A stretch of DNA of 64,000 nt, taken from Octopus sinensis (lineage: Eukaryota). Both the position numbers and the translations under genes were made by a program. The notes under the pieces were generated by a model. The model searched no databases. It was not told the DNA's origin and saw only the letters and a list, made by a program, of their open reading frames with translations. Below are positions 11,991 to 23,755 of this stretch, piece by piece. Position 1 is the first letter of the stretch, and every line of letters starts with the position of its first letter. The stretch covers positions 85,436,001-85,500,000 of the forward strand of contig NC_042999.1 of assembly GCF_006345805.1 (NCBI RefSeq). The letters are read 5' to 3'.

Positions 11991-14900
11991 GATGTGATTG
12001 TGGTTGTTTGGATATATATGTATGTATGTGTGTGTATGTATGTATGTAAGTTATACACCCACACACACTAAAATTGAGTAGTAGACAAAATCTGCTGTCC
12101 AGTTTAATGCCTCTACCTGGTACCTTGGGTACCTTTAGCACAGTCCACTCTGTTACAAGTTTGAGGATACCTTCCTCCCTCTCTTGCAATTTTCAGATGC
12201 ATTTTGAAGGCTCATGAACATGTGTTTTTCCTGAATGAAAGATAAAAAAAATACAATAGGTTTCTCCAGTTTCCATTTATAAAATTCCAAGAGTTCACTT
12301 GCATGCATACACGCACGCACACACATTTCATAGGCAGTCCATCAATTATAACTAGTGACCGTGTCCATATGAAATAACTAAAGACGTATCAGAAGTGAAT
12401 TGTTTTCCTCTAATTTCCCTGATTTTTATCCTTAGATGCTGTAGTTCAGCTACTTATATCACCTTAATTTATATCTAACTACATTGTTATAGCTCAATCA
12501 AGGTCTACTCTGATTTTTCATATCACTAGACAATTGCAAGCACAGTCTTTGTTTTGGCAACTGAGTTCCCTCCATATTTTGGTATTATCAAACCAGTGGA
12601 GGATTTGTTACACCAATATTTCATCTATGCTAAAGATCATTTGGTCATGCATTTGATCACTGGGCCAAGTAATGCAATGTGTCCTTGAACACAAAACTCA
12701 GTTCATGTTTCTCCAAGCTACTCTGTTGAAAATGAATACCAGCTTCCTGTTGTCACATCTTTAATGTTTTGTTGAGTTGGCATCAGGAAGAGTCTCTGGC
12801 CGTAGGATATATCTCACTCAGCCTATATCAGATTGGCAAAAATGATTGTAAACGCATTGAGATGAGGATGTGCATGAATGGTTGCTCTATTAATATTATA
12901 GTAGCTAGAGTAAACATACTGAAATATATCCAGTAAATTCATTATTGGAAATTTTTGCAAACAATTACCTCATGATAAATACATCACCTGTAATTCAGCT
13001 ACTTACATCACAGTAATTACATCACAAACCAATACATTATCAGTAAATTTACCATTGTGATTTTTATCTGCAGAGAAAATATATTGCTAATTATTAACAT
13101 TTTTATTCTCAGAGAATATGTCACGTTTCTTTACCAACGAAAATGATATTCAAAGGCCCAAAAATTTGATACTGATTTCAAATTTACTCAAAATGTACAT
13201 TAAAAAGAACTGAATCAGAATGATATTTCATGTTTTAGTATTCTTTAATACATTGAATTCTTGCTAGACTTTTTTCTTCTTTGTGTGTGAGTGTGTGTGT
13301 GTATGAGAGAGAGATGTGGAATTTCAGCAATAGAAATTATGTAGTAGAAAACAATGAAATTTGTGTGTGCTATATTGGTAAGATTTTCAGAACATCAGAA
13401 GGATTTTTATTTTTTTAAATTTCTTTGCTCATTCATAATGAAGTGTGATGTATTTACTATGTGATTAAAAGCTTTGAATAATGCTTGGTGATATCTTTAT
13501 TCTGCAGATAAAATGTATGATGAAGAGTTTACCAATGTTGTATTTGATATGACAACAAATTTACAGACATTGGCATTCAGTGTAATTACTTTGCAATGAA
13601 ATTAGCAGGTAATAAAATTGCAAGTGATGTAATTACTGAAATGTAATTAGTCACCATGAATCTACAGTCAACTATTGAAGAACTTCAAAGATTTGTTTAT
13701 CTTTTCATACAGAAGACAAACTGTATGATGCATGTGCACAAAATGTGCTTGCTACAGAGTTGTGTGAAGTAAGCATTGAATATAGGGAACTTCTTGAGCC
13801 TAGAGAAATAAATGAATGAGCTTGATCTGTTGCATGTATAATGTTAACCTGCATAAAAAAGTTGAACACAGGTTAGTCGAGAGAGTGACTTAGCATTAAA
13901 AGTATCGTTCTGCATATGTAGGAAAGATAACTAACAATAGTCATGGAAGGAGGAGATGGAAAAAAGTAGTGCAGTCAGATTTCAAGATGGTAATGCCTAT
14001 GGATGAAATAACAAAAAACCAATATGCTATTTGGAAGACCCAATAAACTCCTGCTAGCACAGAGAGATATGTTATTGCTGCTGTATGTTATAGCCTGGAA
14101 TTTGCTTTTTAGTCACTAGTATATTGGTATTGTTTAATGTTATGCAGTGTGAATTTGTTTGTTCCTGTTCACCAGATTGGAGTATTGCTGATATATTCTA
14201 CAACAGCTACACTGTTCTAGATATATAAGAAGTACTCATACAATGACTTTCTGAATTGCATTTAAATAAAAGCCACCCAACTGATATGCAACACTTTGCT
14301 CAACAATTCACTACAGTCACTCCCCCATTGTTACATTGCATCTTTCTATGTTTCTTCAGCTACTATTACAATAGATTTTTTTCTCCTTAGAACCCATTCA
14401 ATGTGTCTGCTTCTCCTCTTATCATCCTTATTGTTCACTCTCAGATCCACCTTACCTCTTGTACTAAAAATTATTTCGCCATACAGCTTCAACCTTTTGA
14501 AATGCTTTATGAATTAAATGTTTTCTTTCCCATGCAGCAACCTGCAGAGGTTCAAACAGTCTAGGAGTAGATCAGATATTTGACCAGAAAGAGAAACCCA
14601 ATATAACAACCTATGGTTCATTGTCATTTACAGGCAGCAAGTGAAATTATACATTTCTGATACTCTTTCCTAAATATTTAGATTCTCTTATGAGAGATGT
14701 TCATTCCAACCACAGTTCAGAAACAGTGTTCTAATTCCTAATGAAAGGATGCAGATACTTTTAATCTAACTCTAAGTCTTGCTATGCATGACAATAGTAG
14801 ATTCTGTAATAAAGGAGAAAGATTTGTGCTAGAGCTCTGATGTCTGGTGGGCTGTGACTTATGTATATACATTTTATAAAGTAACTGCATCTGCTACTTG

Positions 14901-15223
14901 TGATGTAACTGCTTGTAGAGACTTCCTTAGCTGCCTCAGATTTATTCATTACAATGATCCCAAATGACTCAGAAGTGAGGAGTCAAATATTTACAAAAAG
15001 AAATCAGAAGCTGCTAATTTAAATGTAATCTTGTAAAAGTTTTGCTAAAATAACAACATTGACACTTTAGTATATTTTTCTTTTCTTAGCTGTGTGAAAC
15101 TTTTATTTTAATATCATACAACTATATGAAAGTTTAATGCTAAGTTTTAAACTTCTGCTGTTTTAGGATTTTATTTTAAACATTTCTATCTATATATTTC
15201 TAATAAAAAATTGCAATTTACAG

Positions 15224-15472
15224 GATTCGGTGCCTTTATTGGTAGATCTCATACTTGGTGACCATATCAAAGAAAATGCATTGCTAGCTACATTAAGAGC
15301 CCTTACCAACTTATCTACTACAGAGAAACATCATGGTCACTATACACAATTAGTTGAAAATCTCTATCAATTAATAGATGGTGACAATATATCTATCAAA
15401 CTGCAAGCACTGAAAGTACTAGTGAATCTTTCCTGTAGCTCTGAAATGGTTCGTCACTTACTAGCAGCTAAG
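15224..15472 (+). CDS. ARMC10: ARMC10-like exon 4 (ARM repeats)
   Basis: tttacag|GAT acceptor; LATLRALTNLS...LQALKVLVNLSCSSEMVRHLLAAK (typical Arm_2/ARMCX pattern); AAG|GTATGT donor. Confidence 0.92.
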
Positions 15473-16169
15473 GTATGTATACAAAATAGATTTATCTCTA
15501 AATTCTAAATTTGCTGAAAAGTAAAAGATGCACAACAGCATCTTCTGTTTTTTGGATGATGATTTTCAGGAATTGCAGTAACAGGTTGATGGTATCCAAT
15601 TAGTGGAGGGAGGTAAGTTTTCCCCGTGTGTTATGAAACTGAAAAAATGCAAAATTTGTTGAGGAATTGATTCTGAAACCAAATTGTTTTTGATACATGA
15701 AACTGTTTGTATTAAATTTGTTTTAACTAACATTTTTTAGATTGAAAGAAAGCAAAAAAAACTTATCTTATTGTTAGTTTTCCCTTCAGGTTTTCATTTA
15801 ATTAAGGTATGTTATTTTACATCTTCGACCTTATTCAGTTAAGATTAAATATCTGTTGATATATCTGACTACAATTTTTCAAATTTGTCATACCAACCAC
15901 AATAACAGTTAAGTAATGATATCAGTAATGAGTCACAAGCAAAGCACATTTCCACCTGAGAGTTACCAACATAAAACTGGCAGAGCTTTGACCTGGGTAA
16001 GGTAGTGTTAAGATGAAGCAATAGATGTAGAGACCGTGATGGCTGGATTTGGAGGGGAAGAAGAGATGAAGGATGTTGTGAGTGGCAGTGCGTTTTGTCA
16101 GAAATGAATAGAAACAAATACTAATTGTCATGTAAGCAGTTTATCTTTTATCCTTATCTTTATCTTTAA

Positions 16170-16530
16170 CTTGTTTCAGTCATTAGACTGCAGCCATACT
16201 GGGGCACCACCATGAAGAATTTTCAATCGAATGTAATTACTTTTTATAAGCCTGGTAATATTCTATCAGTCTCTTTTGCCAAACCACTAAGTTACAGGGA
16301 CATAAACACACCAACACCAGTTGTTAAGTGGTATTGGGGAACAAACAAAGACACACACACATAGATATATATATGCATATATATGACAGGTTTCCATCTA
16401 CCAAATTCACTCTCAAGGTTTTCATTGGCTCAAGGCTGTAGTAGAAGACACTTGCCAAGGTGCCATGCAGTGAGACTGAACTTGAAACCATGTAATTAGG
16501 AAGCAAGCTTCTTACCACACAGTGACACCT
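16170..16530 (-). mobile_element. tRNA-derived SINE (major family)
   Basis: Homologous to the copy at 46880-47320, with internal (AC)/(AT) microsatellite and tRNA-like head at the right end. Confidence 0.7.
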
Positions 16531-17426
16531 GCATCTATGTTTAGAAAGCAATTTAACCTCAATCCCATTTGCATAGGTGTGGGGTAAAATGCAAGTTTTA
16601 AAAGTGTTTATTGATTGAAGTAACTGAGGATCATGACTGCAGAGTGAGGTGAGATGGGACAGCTGTTCTCAATACAGTCGAAGAGTAAGTCGAACAAATA
16701 TTGATTATTGAAGAAATTCCAAGAGTGATAGAGATAGCAGATGAACTTAGAGTAATGGGAAGAGAGATTTTTTGAGTTTGAATAATTAGAAGTCTTTGTT
16801 GCTGGTATTAGGCTGTTGTTGTTGTGCCCCATGTTGTCCATGAACATGCCCCTTTTTCTATCTTGGCTAGTCTAATCATAACTGAGACAATATTATCCAC
16901 TGGTATGATGTTTTTTAAGAGATTTGGCTGTTACTTCTAACAGGGAAAACAATCATGTTGAAGCTTCCTCATTGTAGAGGAGTAAATTTCATAAACATGT
17001 AAACACTATTCTTCATAGAAAAGGTTGGAAACAAACAAAAACTAGAACTTGAATGATTTGGAATAGAATCAGAAGTTTAGCAGACACCAAAGAATCCAAA
17101 GCTTTTTAAATATAAAAATAGGCTTTCACCCTTTACTGGTGATATCTTGATTATGAAAGCAAAGTTTAATCTATCTCTTTCTAAATAAATACCTCCTAGT
17201 ATCTTTACAGAATTGTCTTTTAGCATCTACATTCTCTCACTTATACTCTTCATGTTTCTCCCTTCTATATAGTTTCTGGAAGATATCACAAATTTATCAG
17301 ACAAAACATTTGTAATTTTTATATGTATGTTTATATTTTACCAGATTCAGTTAAAGCATATGCATTTCAATTAACACAAAACATAACAATATTGTTTTTA
17401 ACTTTCATCTAATGATATATTTTCAG

Positions 17427-17714
17427 GCCCCACAATCTACACTGGCTCTATTACATCGAGATGTTGAAGAAGCACTTGTGCTACGATGGACAACTTTACT
17501 TGCTAATATCGTTCACACAGTTAAAGAGCACAAAATAACACAATCATCTCTACCTTACACAGACAAAGCAGCTTCTCCTGAAACAATGTATACAGCTTTG
17601 TATGGTGTCAATATGATAAGAGATCTTAAAAGCGAAGTTTTCTTATTAAGTAAACACAAGAATGAAGACATACGTTATCAAGCTGCACGTATATACAGCG
17701 GATTACTTAAATAA
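17427..17714 (+). CDS. ARMC10: ARMC10-like exon 5 (terminal, stop TAA)
   Basis: tttcag|GCC acceptor, phase 0; APQSTLALL...EDIRYQAARIYSGLLK*. Total CDS 1458 nt = 485 aa. Confidence 0.88.
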   Translation, partial: APQSTLALLHRDVEEALVLRWTTLLANIVHTVKEHKITQSSLPYTDKAASPETMYTALYGVNMIRDLKSEVFLLSKHKNEDIRYQAARIYSGLLK

Positions 17715-18668
17715 TATCATTATGCAGAAAATGATGATACTGCAACAGAAATTTTTTAAATCTCTTGACTAAAGTGTTTAAAGACGTGCTGTGGCCTGCA
17801 AATCTTATGTTTTTTTAATGAAAGCATATATTTAAATATTACTTTTGTTGAAACTAAAAATGTTAATGGAAGTAAATCAAATGTTTAACACAGTTCTAGT
17901 TTAACAGTGCTATAAAAATTTGTTTAGTGTTTAAACTAAAAGAATCATGATTTTTTGGCATATAGCATTACTTGTGAAAAAAAGAACATAATTCAGTTTT
18001 AAAAACAACAATATCTATTTACTGACAATGAATATTAGAGATATATTATTTTTATGTTTATTTCCTTGTCCCATAATGTGTTACATGTTTTCAAGCAAAG
18101 AAAAGAATTCTCAAGAGCTTGATAGAATGGAAACATGGTAGTGATACACAGTGAGATTAAAGACAGCAATATAAAGAACACCATGTGTGTTACAGGTGTT
18201 AGCATAGATCCAGTAAGTTCAAAAAGAGCTAAAAAAGTGGCATTGTGAAATATATGTGTGCCTTGTAAAGAGTTAGCAATAGTTGAAACATTATATATTT
18301 TTAAGCTCAAGGAGGAACTAATTTTTCTCCTGAAATTTTGGCTGAGTTTGTCAATTACCATGAAAGAATTTTTAATTAGTATTTAGATTATATATACACA
18401 CACATACATATAAGCACATAAACATGCATACATATATATACATATGATAATTATTGCTTTCTTTTTATACAGCTAATGATATTTGCCAACTGTTTAAACA
18501 TGAAGTAAATGTAACTAACTGAAAAGGTTTTATCTTTTAATTTAAGAAAGAAAATTGTTTTTAAATCCGTCAATGAAATATTTCTGTACTAAAATCTCTA
18601 GAGCTCAAACTTTGGAAACTAAAAATAACAATTGACTGTTATAAAATCTTTAATTGTAAATTAAATGG

Positions 18669-18674
18669 AATAAA
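18669..18674 (+). terminator. Candidate polyadenylation signal of ARMC10-like gene
   Basis: AATAAA ~950 nt after the stop, at the end of a repeat-free AT-rich stretch; other sites are possible. Confidence 0.3.
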
Positions 18675-18876
18675 ATATTTTGAACACAAAGGAATAATTG
18701 AAAAATCATTACAATCATCATCACCATCATCGTTGTCATCATCATCCTCATTGTGTGTTGAAAGACTGTATCCAGCACACAAATATACAAATTCTAGGCT
18801 GCATATAAGAAACAGTTATTGTAACCTTGTTTCAGTCATTAAACTGCAAGAAGGCTCATTTTCATATACTGACTGG

Positions 18877-19094
18877 GGAGATAGCTGCCCATAAGTGATG
18901 CTAGAATCACTGGACTAGACTAGTTTCATCTGTAACTCAGCCATAAATTTAAATGGTAAATATATATACTGACAGTCTGGATTTAGCTAAGCTATTTGTT
19001 GATGGAGTAGCCACTGCTGACAAGTCTGCAACTTACAGATGAAACTAGTCTAGTTCAGTGATTCTAGCTTCACTTATGGGGCAGTTACTTCTCC
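18877..19094. repeat. Inverted repeat, ~59-bp arms, 97-bp spacer
   Basis: 18877-18935 (ggagatagctgcccataagtgatgctagaatcactggactagactagtttcatctgtaa) pairs with 19033-19094 with few mismatches. Confidence 0.85.
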
Positions 19095-19149
19095 TGTTAG
19101 TATATGGTGAGGAGGACAATGTCAGAAATGATAACAATTGAAAGTACCA

Positions 19150-19590
19150 AGTAAATTTAGGTGGAAGTAGTATATAGTAGAAAATTTACAAGTAGAAAGA
19201 ATTCATAACAGACAAATGAGTTGGGTGGAGATAGCATGAACTTAACTAAACTCATGGGCTAGATGAAGTGTGTTCGAGATTGAGTTTATACTGGTTGGGT
19301 AGCTTTTTTCCTGGATATAATCATGGATGTCTCTGTGTGCAGAAAGAACACCATCTTAAATGTAGAAAGCAGTATTCTATTGTGGATTTATTGAGTCTTG
19401 TAGAGAGTTAGTAGCTTTTATTAGCTGATGTATTTTGTTGTTCTTGAGAGGAAGGTTTATCCTTGCTGGCTTATGTTTGTAAAATCACCAGTGATGGTGA
19501 TGCTTAGTATGTGTAGTGACTTTGAAGATTTTAGTTGCATGTTGTCCATGTGTAGGTGCAGCAACTGTGTTATTCTGTGTGCATATGTGT
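19150..19590 (-). mobile_element. Possible Penelope-like RT fragment
   Basis: Minus-strand HILSITITGDFTNI...STRLNKSTIEYCFL...WCSF loosely resembles the PLE RT C-terminal segment; degenerate. Confidence 0.35.
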
Positions 19591-21249
19591 GCACAAGACT
19601 CAATAAATCCACAACAGAATACTGCTTTCTACAGCTGGTTATTGACACAATTAGTGACAATTGAATTTTTCCTGTACACATACAGCAGTATTCTTTCAGT
19701 TTCTGTCTGTTAAATCTACTCTCAAGGATTTGGTTGGCCCAGAGCTAAAGTAGAAAACACTTGCCCAAGATACAATACAGAGGGACTGAACCTGACACCA
19801 TATTGTTGAGAAGCAAGCTTCTTAACCATACAGCCATGCCTGTACCTATCATAAATTTCTAATTTGTATCAGACTTCATTTTTATAAATTTGATGTTATT
19901 TACTGAATTTTGTTGGATAGATCTTGACAGACATATAATTTGGTATTTGATTTAGAAAGCAGCCATGGTACATCGATGTCAATAAATTTAGTTTTCAATT
20001 AATAAATATGTCATATAAACTTCAAGATTAATATCAATACAAACTACATCTTAAGAAAGCTAATTAAATATGCTTGTCTTATTATCATTGTTATTTTTTA
20101 AGAATACATTATGGCATCGTCATCGTGGACATTATTTTGACAGCCTGAAAGCAAAATGCTCTCTCTTGACTGAGATGTTAATATTTTAAACTTGTCTCTT
20201 TAACAAAAGGCCAAATGACTAAAAATGTTCTGATGACCTAACGATATACTGCTATTTTTGTTAACATTTAAGGTTTTTAGGTCAACAAATTTCTCAACTT
20301 CAGACACCCATCATTGTATTCAAATTAATAGCTTGTAATGTAAAGCATTTTTTATCTGTCTCACAGCATCTTAGGGTTGGTTTTGTAATCCCAGTAGTCT
20401 TTATTTTATTTGTTCTTAGGATTAGTATAAAAAATTCATTTTAATCTTCACGGTACAGTTCTTGCATTAAAAAAAAAATTAGAACAACTTTACAAATAAC
20501 TTCCTCTGTCAGTCATTGAAGTGAATCAAGTTAAATTGAAATAGCCGTGTAGAAAGGTCAAGTTATTATATAGTATTCAAAACCTATTTTAGGTTTTTAA
20601 CATAGGGAAGAGCCTAAGATGTCAGAATACTGAATTAATTTACATTTAATTTTGTCCAGATTAATGTTAAAATTTATCTTTTTACCTTTTATTATACGGC
20701 CAACAATACCCACATTCAGCAGTTGGCTTTGTTCATAAGAGATTAAACATCTAAAACTTCAAGTAGTGTTCTGCATTGCATTTTCTGTATTTCATTGTAA
20801 AATATTTGACATACAATGCAGTCAGATAAATGTTACATCACTGCATTGAATGACTAATATATTACTTTAACATATTAAAAATCAGATAAAATTGCCTTTA
20901 CATTGCCCCATGTTATACAGATTTCACTCTCCCTATCACTCACTCATCTAGATATCTGTAAAAAGGTTTTACAACTTACTCTGGTTTGAATTCTCCCTTT
21001 CCCATGCCTCCACATACATCTGCTGCCTTTACAGCTCTTTGAACTCCATCTATCAACAACTCTTTGATTAGTCACCAAAGAAACCTCTGAGATTACTCAA
21101 ACTGTTACAAGTAACAGCAAAATCTCCATCAATTCACACCCTGCTGTCTTTAAAAAGGACATGAGATCCTGAGTTCCCAGCATGTAGGGAAAAAAACAGG
21201 ATGGTTACATTGGAATTTCTTTGATCATAGCTCTAATCAGTAAAAAATT

Positions 21250-22430
21250 GACCTGTAACTAAACTCTGATCACATTTCTTCCTATATTGAGAACCTCTAG
21301 CTCGCTCCACTCCTCCCTGATAAGACTTCACTGTTCAAAACTCTTTTTGACTCATGCACTCATCCCACACTGATTTTGATGATACAGAAACCAAATATTT
21401 TACAATCTTTATCGTTTTATACAATTAATTTCATTCCTGAATGACACAGATGCTCTAAACACCCTTGATTTATTTCTCATTTCCAAACCCACCCGCTACC
21501 AAACTATTTCTGCACTTAGTGAATAATCCAGCCACTGCCACATTATAACTTCCCACCACATATCCACACACTAAACAATGCCCCTACCTTCTGGATACTT
21601 TGGAACTTCATTTCAGCTGATTAGCCAAAGCTCAGCCAGTTCTATGCTAACTAGACAAAGCAGAAACAACTAACTGGGAGACTGAAACTCTCATCTTAGG
21701 TATGTTCCTTCATATCCCAACCATACAACCTCAAATCCCACTAGTAGTTGACTTGTAGCTAGCAAAGAATATAGCTTGCACTATATGGGAGCAAAATCAC
21801 CTACTCCTACAAACTGGGAGGCTTTTACACATCACTACATTCCAAACAACAAAAGATGATTTTATGCTTTGCACAACCTATTAGCTCTCACATCTTATAA
21901 CATAACAGCTGGTCCTTCTGGTCTCTGGTCAAAAGGATCTCTACCAACTTTGCTGTCTGTATCCTCCAATCTTCTGCTTCTCAACCATTGAGAAAGCCTT
22001 CACTTTTGTTGCCTAATTTGCATCCAACTCTATACACTACACAATACTCTTCAATCAACCAGCATCACCACTACATACACATACATACCAAGTGTGAAGG
22101 CAATTCCAGTTGTTTCAGACCAACAAGATCCCAGCCCTAACAGTGTCCTCTTACCATCAAATAATGCTTCTCAAAGCTAGCACCTAACCTCAAACCTCAA
22201 CAATGTCCCTCTTCAGGACTCTATCCTATTGAAGGTTCCATTCTCAAGATGGACAATATCACTGGTCCTGTAAACCATCCTTCTACTCTCATTTCCAGCA
22301 TCTCAAAGGTGATGGAGACAGTTGTTAACTGTCTCCAACATTTTCATTCCCTCCCACTTTTTCAGTTGCTACCAGTACAGCTTAAAAAACCTGAACCACT
22401 GGACACAACTCTTCTATGTCACTCAGCCTT
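21250..22430 (+). mobile_element. Degenerate CR1/Jockey-like LINE remnant
   Basis: Fragments LNTLDLFLISKP, SFWSLVKRIS and TLISSISKVMETVVN match EN/linker/RT motifs in order. Confidence 0.55.
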
Positions 22431-22908
22431 GAGAAATTTAGTGAAAATACTGTTGTTGCACATAATATCAGCAATGTATTTGCCTGTGCCAGGTATGTAA
22501 ATCTCATAATCTGAAATTGCCTGAGAGTTGTAAGTGAGCATGTTGTTTATTTCCTGTCTTCCATAAAAATGTTTGGCCATGAGAAATATTACCCTGCTTG
22601 GAAACAGGTGAAGGTTGGTAACAGGAAAAGTATCCAGCCATAGAAATCTGCCTCAACATATTCTATTTGACACATACAAGCATAGAAAAGTGAATGTAAA
22701 ATGTTGATGATGAATATATGAAAGGTACTCAAACTGAATGGATGAATGGATGCAAGTGTATTAAAATTACTTATACGTCTGTTTCAAAATAAAACAATAA
22801 AAAGAGAAAGGAAAGTAGGAATGGATGTTAAAACAAAAGAAAAATGTAAAATAAAATGAAAATAATTCTGAAGTTAAATGAGGCATTTATTGAATGAACC
22901 TTGAAATT

Positions 22909-23431
22909 TTATTTGTTTTGTTTATTATATTCAAGTTGAAGTTCTTGTAAATTTTGCTCCAACATTTCAACTTCATCAAATTTTTGGGCTTGTTTTGCTT
23001 GTTTAATATATCCACGAATTATTTCTATCTGCTGCAACATGGGATCATTTGTATTCTGTGAATAAGAAGAAATCTCAGATGGCTTCCAGCCTTTACCAAT
23101 GTTACCATTAGTTTCAGTTCTGGAAGCTTCCTCTTGAGATGGAGAATGATGCTGTCGATGTTGAGAAAAACTGCTTGTTGATGAATCAGAAGACTTTTGT
23201 TGCTCTTGAGCTAACATGGCTTCTTTTCGTTCTAGTGCAAATTTTTGTTGCATCTCCACAGTATGAGAATTTTTCATCTTTTCATATTCTTCTTGAGATG
23301 GAAGTTGTTGAATTCCACTCAAGTTCTCTTTCAAAAAGTTACTAGAAAAAGTACGTATTGCTCTTTGCAAGTATAGTTGTCTTAGAGGTGGAGATGTTTC
23401 ATTGTTTACACCCAGTGTCAAAATCTTTTTA
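22909..23431 (-). CDS. RBSN: Rabenosyn-5 coding exon 8 (terminal; Rab-binding helical hairpin)
   Basis: tttacag|T AAA AAG ATT (phase 2); SKKILTLG...GWKP...DPMLQQIEIIRGYIKQAKQAQKFDEVEMLEQNLQELQLEY*, matching the Rbsn Rab-binding motif. Confidence 0.93.
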
Positions 23432-23755
23432 CTGTAAAAATAAAAAGAAATAGTTTGTAATTTCAACAATAAATTTTATACAGTTTAATTCCAATAACAA
23501 GGGTTTCGATTATATACAATTATAAGAAATTAAAGTGTGTATGTCTCTGAACAGAAAATCATTTTATACATAGTAATATTCTAAATTTAAGACAATTACA
23601 TTTAGAATATTTTACAAGTCAAATGGGTAAGTAAAGAATAATAAGAGATCTTTATTGATGAGAACCTAACCCATTAGCATTTAAACTAACCATATCTGGT
23701 GTATGACCTGATTTGGCCTCTTACACGTGCTCTACAATTTCATTCTAAAAATAAA

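Noticed and set aside
12990-13650. Large degenerate inverted repeat (ttttatctgcaga/tctgcagataaaa; gtaattacatcac/gtgatgtaattac)
   Set aside because: Only short patches pair; probably an old fold-back element, too decayed to define boundaries or function.
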